DNA from: a virus
Taxonomy: Duplodnaviria > Caudoviricetes
Strand: one strand, 5' to 3'
Virus record (IMG/VR): IMGVR_UViG_3300002895_000002
Span: 96,001 to 160,000 of that record
Length of the DNA: 64,000 nt
The position numbers were made by a program, and so were the translations under genes. Below the pieces are notes generated by a model. It was given only the letters and a program-made list of their open reading frames with translations. It was not told where the DNA came from and searched no databases. Shown here piece by piece: positions 47,492-56,144 of this stretch; positions within the stretch are counted from its first letter, which is position 1, and the number at the start of each line of letters is the position of its first letter.

Positions 47492-47614
47492 ATGGAAGAT
47501 CTCAATAAATGTTGGTCCTGTGGACAGGAAAATCAGTCTGGGGATTCTGTTTGTGTCCGGTGCGGTAAGATCACTAAAGAACCTGGGATATTTGACAACC
47601 CTGTGAATGGGTAG
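47492..47614 (+). CDS. Zn-ribbon micro-protein (40 aa)
   Basis: GAGGTG RBS; CWSCG..CVRCG. Confidence 0.55.
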   Translation: MEDLNKCWSCGQENQSGDSVCVRCGKITKEPGIFDNPVNG

Positions 47615-47626
47615 TAAACTGTATTC

Positions 47627-48652
47627 ATGGCACTCGACCCGTATGATGAAATGCAGTTGGTATATCGGATAAACCTCCGGAACTTGAGAAAAGTCCCAAA
47701 CGGTTACATCTTCTCATGTCCTATCTGCAACGAGGGTACGCACCCCAATAGAAAGAGGGGTGCTATCCTCGGTCCCGTTGCAAACAAGCCCTACACAACC
47801 GTTCTTTGCCATAACTGCAATCCAGATGGGATGTCTTTTCGTCGGTTTGTAGAGACAGTCGACCCAATTCTCTTCCTCGAATACCAACGTCTTGAGAAAG
47901 AGCAGTTCATTAAGGATCTCAAAGAAGGAAAGATCAATAAGAAGCAAAAGATCATTGACAATGTAGCTCCAGTTTATGATGAGGTTAGCTTCTACAAGCT
48001 CAACCCCGATACCTTCGTTCAATGCACGGATAATCCGGCAGCATTCCAGTATGCTCACTACCAACGGAAGATCCCAAGAAATATCATCAGTGAGTTGATG
48101 TATTGCCCTAAGAAGACTATCAACGGAAGGCCCAATCCTTTCTATGACATGCTGATCTTCCCTCTGTATAGTGAACAGATCAAAGGCTACCCGATTGATG
48201 CACATGTTCATGGGTTTCAGGGTCGAAGCATTAGGGGTGAGAAACGGTTCTATACATTCAGTAAGAACGAAGCATTCAAAGTGTACAACCTTTTTCGGGT
48301 AGATCGTCGGAAGGATGTTTACATTTTTGAAGCAATCATAGACTCCCTTGGCATTCCCAACTCGGTTGCTGCTCTGGGATCGTCCATGAGTGATCGGGTC
48401 AAGGACATGCTCCCTAAGCGGGTGTGGTGTTTGGATAATGACGACACTGGATATAAGAAATCTCTAAAGCTCGTTGAACAAGGCGAGCGGGTCCTTATCT
48501 GGCCTGAGGAGATCAAAGCTAAGGACTTCAACAAACTGGTAGAAAAGGGTGTATCCCACCAGCAGTTGACACGTCTGATAGAAGAATATACAATGGAAGG
48601 GATCAAAGCAAAAGTTCATCTTGAACTGAAACTATCAAAAAAGAAGAGGTGA
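47627..48652 (+). CDS. gp61: DNA primase
   Basis: FSCPICNE..CHNC Zn finger; FQGRS; VYIFEAIIDS TOPRIM; LDND; KDFN. Confidence 0.93.
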   Translation: MALDPYDEMQLVYRINLRNLRKVPNGYIFSCPICNEGTHPNRKRGAILGPVANKPYTTVLCHNCNPDGMSFRRFVETVDPILFLEYQRLEKEQFIKDLKEGKINKKQKIIDNVAPVYDEVSFYKLNPDTFVQCTDNPAAFQYAHYQRKIPRNIISELMYCPKKTINGRPNPFYDMLIFPLYSEQIKGYPIDAHVHGFQGRSIRGEKRFYTFSKNEAFKVYNLFRVDRRKDVYIFEAIIDSLGIPNSVAALGSSMSDRVKDMLPKRVWCLDNDDTGYKKSLKLVEQGERVLIWPEEIKAKDFNKLVEKGVSHQQLTRLIEEYTMEGIKAKVHLELKLSKKKR

Positions 48653-48951
48653 TGAAGATGCCAGCGTATGATTTTTACTGCTCGCAGTGCAACAAAACGT
48701 ATGAAATCAAGATGACCATGTCCGAACACTCCGAACAGAAGGACAAAATGACCTGTCAGGAATGCCACCAACCCCTCAGTCAAACCGTATCTCCACTCCG
48801 GTTTACTCTCAAGGGCTCTGGTTGGTATGCTGATGGGCCTGGAAACAACTCGAACGGTTCTGGATATGGTGTAACTCAACGTGAGATGGACAAGAATGGG
48901 GATCTCACGAAAGGGATGGAAGACGCTATGATGAATGCTCCTCCCGAGTGA
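48649..48951 (+). CDS. FmdB-family Zn-ribbon protein
   Basis: MPAYDFYCSQC..CQEC..FTLKGSGWY. Confidence 0.85.
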   Translation: MMKMPAYDFYCSQCNKTYEIKMTMSEHSEQKDKMTCQECHQPLSQTVSPLRFTLKGSGWYADGPGNNSNGSGYGVTQREMDKNGDLTKGMEDAMMNAPPE

Positions 48952-48998
48952 TAAATATCCAGCCCCAAGAAACGAACCAATCGAAAGGAATACCTTCC

Positions 48999-49862
48999 AT
49001 GTCTCAATTTTCCACCACTGATTTCTTTCTAACAGATTTTCAACGGCTCATTTGGGCCGATAACTATCGGGATCCCCAACATGATCCGACGGTGGAAGCA
49101 ACATTTCGACGAATGGCTGCAACAATCTTCGCCAATGAATCTGAGGAGCTCCAGCAGGAACTCTTTGATCAACAACTCATGGCCAAGATCTTCTTCGGTG
49201 GTCGCGTGTATAACCTCGGTCGTGGCCTGAAGAACGTCAATGCTTTCAACTGCTATGCGGCTCAGCGGTCCACCATGCCAGTTGACTCCATCTCCAACAT
49301 CTTCGCTGATATCACCAATGCAGCGGAGATCCTGAAGACCGAGGGCGGCATTGGGTTCAACTTTAACCACATCAGACCGAAGGGTACTCTCATCAAGGGC
49401 GTCGGTGTTGGTACTCCGGGTGTCCTGGCTTTCATGGAGATTCAGGACAAGACCGCCGATGTCATCACCCGTGGTTCTACCGGTGACATTATCCAGGCCG
49501 ACGAGAATACTCCGACCAAGAAGAAGATCCGCAAGGGCGCTCAGATATCCCTGTTGGACTGCCGCCATCCGGAAATCTTCGCCTACATCGATGCCAAGAA
49601 GATCCCCAACCGGTTTGTTTGGTTCAACATGTCGGTAATTATTACGGACCGGTTTATGGAAAGATGTTTAGAAAATATAAATAAAATAGTTATTGAACTA
49701 AATGATGGAACAAAACATGAACTAGACCCCAATGAAGAAATAGAAATAGATGGGGTTATAATGACAGCGAAGGAATATAAAGATGGGTGTGAAAATAATG
49801 CCACCAAAAGACGAATTTATCAAGATGATAAAACAATCAGTTCTTCTGAAAGATGTAGCTGA
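48999..49862 (+). CDS. nrdJ: Class II ribonucleotide reductase, fragment a
   Basis: FFGGRV; AFNCY (redox Cys); GGIGFNF; RKGAQ; FNMSV; AT-rich non-RNR tail after ~49665. Confidence 0.88.
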   Translation: MSQFSTTDFFLTDFQRLIWADNYRDPQHDPTVEATFRRMAATIFANESEELQQELFDQQLMAKIFFGGRVYNLGRGLKNVNAFNCYAAQRSTMPVDSISNIFADITNAAEILKTEGGIGFNFNHIRPKGTLIKGVGVGTPGVLAFMEIQDKTADVITRGSTGDIIQADENTPTKKKIRKGAQISLLDCRHPEIFAYIDAKKIPNRFVWFNMSVIITDRFMERCLENINKIVIELNDGTKHELDPNEEIEIDGVIMTAKEYKDGCENNATKRRIYQDDKTISSSERCS

Positions 49863-50695
49863 ATATTATAAAGTAAGCCAACAATCAATAATTAAATGGA
49901 TGAAAAAATATAACATCTATGATGAATTTAATTTTAAGCGTAATGTTGGTAAAGGAAATCTTGGAAAAACAATAATTTGTTCCGAAGAACTAATAATTCG
50001 ATTAAGAAAAATGGCAGATAATCGGAAAGGACAACCCGGCCATAAAAGAATACAAAGAATAAAGGAAAGGTGTTATATATGTGAACACGAATTTATAAAA
50101 AAAGAATCTGACGAAAAAAAAGTATGTTCTAAAAAATGTGCAATAGTTCTTCGAAGTATTGAAAATATAAAATCTATAAATGTGGTGTGCACATATTGCG
50201 GTACATTTATTGAAAAACCACTGTCTCTCATCAAAGAACATAATTTTTGTGATTATAATTGTTGTAATGCATGGCGAAAAGGAAAAACATATGAAGAACT
50301 ATATGGTGAAGATAAAGCAAATATTATTAAACAAAAAATAATGGCAAATAGATCAGAAAATACTATTATGGTTCTTACTCGTCCACATATCAAACTCAAA
50401 AAATGAAATGATTTCTAATGGGTTATATGATGGATTCCAAACTTCAAAGAAAATGTATCAATTTGAAATAGATGAATATAATCATGATTTACAATTATGT
50501 TTAGAAATTGACGGCGATTATTGGCATAATTATCCTTATGGAACACAACAAGATAAAAGGAAAAATACATTTCTTGCTAATAAGGGATTTACTGTATTAA
50601 GAATATGGGAACATGATATAAACACTAATTTGGGTGGTTGTATTGAAAAAATTAAGGAGACTATTGAATGCTTAAGCTCTCAAGCAAAGAAATAA
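49783..50695 (+). mobile_element. Vsr/DUF559-like homing endonuclease inside nrdJ, +1 frameshift
   Basis: Zn fingers CxxC; EIDEY..LEIDGDYWH..DKRKN..GFTVLRIWE; the two ORFs join if the A6 run 50398-50403 loses one A; late promoter at 49676. Confidence 0.8.
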
Positions 50696-52209
50696 AGAAC
50701 GTAAGAAATGGTGGTGACTGGGACCTGTGGTTCCCTGACATCAAGCATCCCGAGTACGACAAGCTCTGGAAGGGTGACTTCGATGCATGGGAAGCTGCCG
50801 GTCTTCCCAAGGTCATCTATCAGACCATCAAGGCACGGGAGCTCTGGGATAAGCTCATCCAAAACACCTACACCAGGAACGAGCCAGGCATTCTCTTCAT
50901 CGACAATGCCGAGAAGAATAACAACCTCACCAGGTACATGAAAGTGACGGGTGTGAACCCCTGCGGCGAGATCCTGATGTGTGCTGATCCTGGCATCGTG
51001 GAGATCGACGGTGTTATCTATGAGTACCTCGGTGACATCTGTAACCTCGGTGCTATCAACCTCACCCAGTTCTTCACCATCGAGAACGGCTTTGCCTGGG
51101 ATGCTTTCAAAGAGTCCGTAGCAGTGCTCGTCCGTGCTCTGGATAACGTCATCGACATCTCTGGGTATCCGCTGGAGAAGATCAAGAACGCCGCCATGCT
51201 TCGCCGTAAAATCGGCTGTGGTGTCATGGGATACGGCTCGTTGCTCTTCATGATGGGCTTCAAGTACGGCTCCCAGAAGGCCAACGAGTTCACCGAAGTG
51301 CTAATGAAAGAGTACGCCAATGCTGCATATCAGGCATCGGCCATGCTCGCCAAGGAGAAGGGTGCATTCCCGCTCTGGAAACCCGAGATGATCAACGATG
51401 GGTACATCGGCAACTCCGGGATGCTCACCGATGAAACACTGGACCTCATAGCAGCACACGGTCTCCGTAATGCTCAGCTGATGACCATCGCCCCGACAGG
51501 CACCACATCCATCTTTGCCGGTCTCGTCAGCGGCGGTGTTGAGCCGGTCTTCGAGAAGGAGTACACCCGGTGGGTCATCTCCAACCACAGAGCAGAGGAG
51601 CTTCTGGAAGGGCTCGATGCTCCTGACTACCGCAACGGTCAGTTCGTTGAGACGAAGGACTTCAAGTTCTCTATGGCTGGGGATGAGAAGGTCCTAGTGT
51701 CTCTGGATGGCACCCTGATGATCGACCAGAATCATGGCCTTCGCAAGAAAGAGATCTGCGAGGATTACGGTTGGTACTGGGCGAAGAAGCACCGCGATCC
51801 GGATGCCGTGACCTTTGCCAAACGCCTCGGCATCTACAAGACTGCCATGGAGTTGTCAGTCAAGGAGCACATGGATGCATTTAAAGTTATGTCTAAAGCA
51901 GTTGATATGTCAATTAGTAAATGTGTTGATGTTGAAACCACTATGGTCGAAATAGATGGGAAGATTGTTTATCTTGATGAACTGGAATATGGGGAGGAAG
52001 ATTCCTTTGTCCAAATGTCCGGCATGATAAAAAATCATAATCACATTGATGTTCCGATTAAAGCAACATATAATAATGGAATCACCGATGTGGTAGAAAT
52101 AACTTTTTCTGATCGGTCCTCAATCATATGTACACCCAACCACCGGTTATATACCGAAAATGGGTTTGAGCCGGCTATTGAAATTTTGGTAGGAACAAAA
52201 ATTGTGTAA
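50668..52209 (+). CDS. nrdJ: Class II RNR fragment b fused to N-terminal split intein
   Basis: Own AAGGAG RBS; GVNPCGEI; ICNLGAINL; IAPTGTTS; GGVEP; SISK then intein. Confidence 0.9.
   Translation: MLKLSSKEIKNVRNGGDWDLWFPDIKHPEYDKLWKGDFDAWEAAGLPKVIYQTIKARELWDKLIQNTYTRNEPGILFIDNAEKNNNLTRYMKVTGVNPCGEILMCADPGIVEIDGVIYEYLGDICNLGAINLTQFFTIENGFAWDAFKESVAVLVRALDNVIDISGYPLEKIKNAAMLRRKIGCGVMGYGSLLFMMGFKYGSQKANEFTEVLMKEYANAAYQASAMLAKEKGAFPLWKPEMINDGYIGNSGMLTDETLDLIAAHGLRNAQLMTIAPTGTTSIFAGLVSGGVEPVFEKEYTRWVISNHRAEELLEGLDAPDYRNGQFVETKDFKFSMAGDEKVLVSLDGTLMIDQNHGLRKKEICEDYGWYWAKKHRDPDAVTFAKRLGIYKTAMELSVKEHMDAFKVMSKAVDMSISKCVDVETTMVEIDGKIVYLDELEYGEEDSFVQMSGMIKNHNHIDVPIKATYNNGITDVVEITFSDRSSIICTPNHRLYTENGFEPAIEILVGTKIV
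51922..52209 (+). mobile_element. Split intein N-part (95 aa)
   Basis: Starts CVDVETT after SISK; block B CTPNHRLYT; ends EILVGTKIV-stop. Confidence 0.88.
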
Positions 52210-52223
52210 ACATAACCATCTTA

Positions 52224-52265
52224 TATAAATAGATATACTCATATTGACAAAGAGGATCTATTTAT
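52224..52265 (+). promoter_or_regulatory. Late promoter plus inverted repeat occluding the HE start
   Basis: ataaatagat/atctatttat arms; the 3' arm overlaps ATG 52264. Confidence 0.6.
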
Positions 52266-53346
52266 GCGAAATGTTGTTAAAAACACAATTCATCGATGGA
52301 ATAAGACGATGGATTTATCGCAGTATTCCATCGATGAATTGGAGGAATTCTTACAAAAAAAATTATATTGACTTTCCGAGAAATGTTAGGTATAATATAG
52401 GAAAGTGGATTGGTTCAGGGAAACCATTATCTGATTATTCTATTGCCGCAGCAGCACAACATCGGTCTGTCTTTTCTACTACCTATATTGCAGAGAAAAA
52501 TAAAAGGTATATAGAAAGTCTTCCGGAAAATGAAAAAAAGATACGGTATAAAAAATCATGTGAGAAGGGGCAAATAACACGAAAAGAGAGACACGGTTCT
52601 ATTTCCGAATCTTATCGTAAAGGGTTAATCCTAAAGGGCCAACGAACCGCATTACTATTAGGAATAACCGACACATTGTCTGATACTGAATTATTGTCTT
52701 TATCCGGTTACCAAAAGAAAAATAATTACCAGTTATTAACGGAAAGTGAAAAAGAGAAAAAAAGAATAGCCTGGAAAAAACAAATCTTAAAAATACCAAT
52801 GTGTTTGAAATCATCATTTCAGAATATCCCATTTTTTCAACCGTCGATGTGAACCAGTTGTCGGATGAAGAAATAGAAACCTGGTATAGATGTTACCGAT
52901 CAATAATGTCTATTAGAAGAATGAACAATAAACATCATTCTTATGGGAGATCAGGTCATTATTATTCTAGTAAAACACGAAAGAAACATTATTACAGATC
53001 ATCATATGAATTGAAGTTACTACAAATTCTAGATGAATTTGAATTTGTGATCGATTATATGACAGAACCGTACCACATTACATTAGACATAGGAAAAAGA
53101 TATGTTCCCGATTTTGTGATTGAAACTAAAAATGGTCGAATAGTAGTTGAAGTAAAACCAACGTTTAAACTAAAAGAATTTCTCGAATCTAAAGGTTATC
53201 AATTATTTTCTCAGCTATCCAATTTCGTTATTATGACCACCGAAGAAATAGACCAAGGAGAAGAAAATGTCAGATCCCAGATTGTTGAATATACAAAAAA
53301 CGTCAGATCGCATACCAGCGAGCTACAGATCAGAAAAAACGATTGA
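52264..53346 (+). mobile_element. TnsA-like PD-(D/E)XK homing endonuclease between split-intein halves, two frameshifts
   Basis: YRSSYELK..RYVPDF..VVEVKP; continuity needs -1 at A8 52355-52362 and +1 at A6 52775-52780. Confidence 0.75.
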
Positions 53347-53542
53347 AGATATAAAAAATGACCTTAATTCACTAAATTGGGATGATGTAACCAACCAACA
53401 TTTATTTAACCTGCGGGCTGTTATTTTTCCTCAACCGAAAACTGTAACTGGAATTCGTATGGTTGGAAAAAAACAAACCGGGGACCTAGAAATAGATCAT
53501 CCATCACATTCTTATTATGCAAATGGTGTACCTACTCATAAT
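53267..53542 (+). mobile_element. Split intein C-part (92 aa, long N-terminal extension)
   Basis: TGDLEID..SYYANGVPTHN followed by Thr+1. Confidence 0.88.
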
Positions 53543-54268
53543 ACAGTGAACCTCCCAGCTGATTATCCATATGACGATTTTGACAAACTCTTCAGGGATG
53601 CATGGAAGAGCGGTGTACGGGGTATCACTACCTACCGTGAAGGCACCATGACAGCGGTCCTCGAGACCAACAAGAAGAAGGACAAAGAGACCAAGAAGGC
53701 CAAGGAAGAGCTGAAGGACTTCTACGAGGAATGGGAAGGGCATGAGGACGGCCGTGTTCGCATAGACGATGTCCAACTTCCGTCCGAGTACCCCATGACC
53801 GGTTTCAAGATCGTCTCTGAAGGCCGCAAGTGGTACATCTCCGTTGCGTTCAAAGACAAAAAGATGACCAAGCCGTTTGGCATCTTCGTCACGACGAATC
53901 ACCGTGAAAATGACGTGAAAACGTACTCTGCTCTTTCGGCCATGGAGCAGTTGGCTACTGAAGCAGGCATCCTTGAGCGGATTATCGAGGACAATCGTAA
54001 GAAGTATGCTGGCCAGACCAATATCAATAAGCTGGCTCGGACTATCAGCCTTCTGTTGCGACACAACGTGGACATCGCTCTCATCGTAAAGACCCTCGAT
54101 GCTCTCGATGACATCCCGGTGTTCTCATTCATCTACCGCATCAAGAAGTTCCTCACCAAGTACATCACCGAGATGGAGAACGGAATGAGTTGTCCTGAGT
54201 GTGGTGAAACGTTGATCTACACCGAGGGATGCATCAAATGCTCTCAGTGTGCATACAGTAAATGCTAA
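53267..54268 (+). CDS. nrdJ: C-terminal split intein fused to class II RNR fragment c (TSCPD-like domain and Zn ribbon)
   Basis: AAGGAG RBS; THN|TVNLP; AWKSGVRGITTYR; CPEC..EGCIKCSQCAYSKC. Confidence 0.9.
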   Translation: MSDPRLLNIQKTSDRIPASYRSEKTIEDIKNDLNSLNWDDVTNQHLFNLRAVIFPQPKTVTGIRMVGKKQTGDLEIDHPSHSYYANGVPTHNTVNLPADYPYDDFDKLFRDAWKSGVRGITTYREGTMTAVLETNKKKDKETKKAKEELKDFYEEWEGHEDGRVRIDDVQLPSEYPMTGFKIVSEGRKWYISVAFKDKKMTKPFGIFVTTNHRENDVKTYSALSAMEQLATEAGILERIIEDNRKKYAGQTNINKLARTISLLLRHNVDIALIVKTLDALDDIPVFSFIYRIKKFLTKYITEMENGMSCPECGETLIYTEGCIKCSQCAYSKC

Positions 54269-54279
54269 GACGAAAAAGA

Positions 54280-54321
54280 GAAAATGGCGGGTTCTATAAA
54301 TAAGTAGAATCCGCCATTTTC
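54280..54321 (+). promoter_or_regulatory. Long hairpin with late promoter TATAAATA in the loop
   Basis: gaaaatggcgggttcta/tagaatccgccattttc. Confidence 0.7.
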
Positions 54322-54339
54322 TATTTTTTGGAGAATATA

Positions 54340-54624
54340 ATGAGCAAGTTTGTCGTACTGTTGGAGCAGGTTCTCAATGAATCCCCAACCACCTATGAGC
54401 GACTGGTATCAAATGCCATCGAGAGCAAGAAGAGTAATCCTTCTGCTCCTGACTCTGAGCATATGAAGCATGTTGCTGGTGCAGACAAGGATCACAAAGA
54501 TCTTGTTGCTGCCCATCTCAAAGGTGATAAGGCCGTTGTGAAGGGTAAGATCAACATGATTTCAGGCAAAGGCCGAGTATGGAGCGACCACGCAGAAAAG
54601 CTCCGTGGAATTCTGGGGGTGTAA
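54340..54624 (+). CDS. Hypothetical late protein, possible internal head protein
   Basis: MSKFVVLLEQVLNES N-terminus; late promoter. Confidence 0.6.
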   Translation: MSKFVVLLEQVLNESPTTYERLVSNAIESKKSNPSAPDSEHMKHVAGADKDHKDLVAAHLKGDKAVVKGKINMISGKGRVWSDHAEKLRGILGV

Positions 54625-54625
54625 C

Positions 54626-55042
54626 ATGAATAACTTCACTCGTCTTCTCGAAACCATCAACGAATCATGTCAGGGGCCAAGTCAGCTCCCTCTTAACAGT
54701 GAAGGGAAGCTGGAACTGTACAACCCGGATTTCTATCGCCGCCATGGTCTTGATCAACATGCTGAACTGATCACTAAAGCCAAGGAATATCAGGGTAAGA
54801 AGAAAAACCTGGAACAGAGGAAGCAGGCCCATAACGAGTTGGTTCTTCTTTATCGGAATGTTGGAAAGGCAGGGGGAGATCATCACGCTCTAGCCAAAGC
54901 AGTGCTCCATTACGCTGGACACACCGACATCCATGACAATCCGTCCACGATGACCAATCAACACCTCGAAGACCTCAAGAAGGATCCAAGCAAGTATGGT
55001 ATGGATCATCGGGTTGCTATAACCCACGCGAGGTTCAAATAA
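54626..55042 (+). CDS. Hypothetical late protein, possible internal head protein
   Basis: MNNFTRLLETINES N-terminus. Confidence 0.6.
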   Translation: MNNFTRLLETINESCQGPSQLPLNSEGKLELYNPDFYRRHGLDQHAELITKAKEYQGKKKNLEQRKQAHNELVLLYRNVGKAGGDHHALAKAVLHYAGHTDIHDNPSTMTNQHLEDLKKDPSKYGMDHRVAITHARFK

Positions 55043-55078
55043 TCTCGCAAAAGATTGCGAAGCATATAATAAAGAAAT

Positions 55079-55132
55079 TTGACATTCCGAAGGGTTGTAT
55101 GTATACTGGAAACAGTAAGTACAACCCTTTCG
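55079..55132 (+). promoter_or_regulatory. Sigma70 promoter TTGACA-N17-TATACT within an inverted repeat
   Basis: gaagggttgta/tacaacccttt arms around the -10. Confidence 0.7.
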
Positions 55133-55237
55133 TGTGAAAAGGAACGAACGTGCCAAACTTTCTACCATTCTTCCAGAAAAAATAATTTCGACTCAAATAG
55201 GCCCATCTATTATAAATAAAGTTGGAGGATAATCAAC

Positions 55238-56144
55238 ATGTTTATAATAGAACCAAAAAAGACTAAGTCGAATAAAAAAGTAGCAGATTATACTAGGTGT
55301 GAGGTTTCCTGTGACAAATGTGGTAAAGAATATAATAGTAGCTATAAACAGGTTACTGATGGTAGACTAAAATATCAGGTTGATTTATGTCGAAGTTGTA
55401 GACAGATTTATCAATATGAAAATGGAATTAGAGATAATCAAAGAGCTTCAATTAGTAAAAATGGAAAGGTAAGACGTATGAAGAAGTATTAGGGATTGAA
55501 GGTGCAAAAAAGCGAAAGAGAAATTGAAATCTTATACTGGCGAAAAATCATCAAATTGGGGTGGAACATGGCATGGCAGTAGAGAGAAAGCGGATCAACG
55601 AAATGCTAGTATAAAAGGTAAGACTATTATAGAGATATACGGTGAAGAGAAAGCAGAAACAATACGAAAAAAATTAGGTGTACCTGGCTCTCGAAATGGA
55701 CAATTTGGAAAACCGGCACCTACAGGATCCGGGAATGGGTGGTCTGGATGGTATAAAGGGTTCTTTTTTCGGTCATTATTGGAATTATCTTTTTTGGTAT
55801 CAATGATGAAACAAGGAAAACACATCATATCCGCAGAGAGTAAAGAATTTAGAACAGAATATACAGATTGGGAGGGAAAAAGAAGAAATTATTTTCCAGA
55901 TTATGTAATTGACGGAATTGTTTATGAAATCAAACCTAGTGGATTAGTGAATACTAAAACTAATAACCTAAAATTCAATGCTGCTAGAGAAAAATTTGGT
56001 ACGGAAAGATTTATCATTCTCACAGAAAATGATGTTGATAAAATATCCGATTCTACAATAAAATTCTTGTATGATAATAACGAAATAAAGTTTATTCAAC
56101 GATATGAAGAAAAGTATAAGGAGCGTTATGCCGAACTTTCTTGA
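55238..56144 (+). pseudogene. Zn-ribbon plus TnsA-like homing endonuclease, two -1 frameshifts
   Basis: CDKC..CRSC; FRSLLEL..RNYFPDY..YEIKP; frames join by adding one A at 55457-55461 and one at 55506-55517; late promoter at 55211. Confidence 0.75.

Noticed and set aside
49662-50700. Group I intron interpretation of the first nrdJ insertion
   Set aside because: The HE ORF runs up to the downstream exon with no room for P7-P9; piece b has its own SD and ATG; GAGACTA at ~50659 has no partner element
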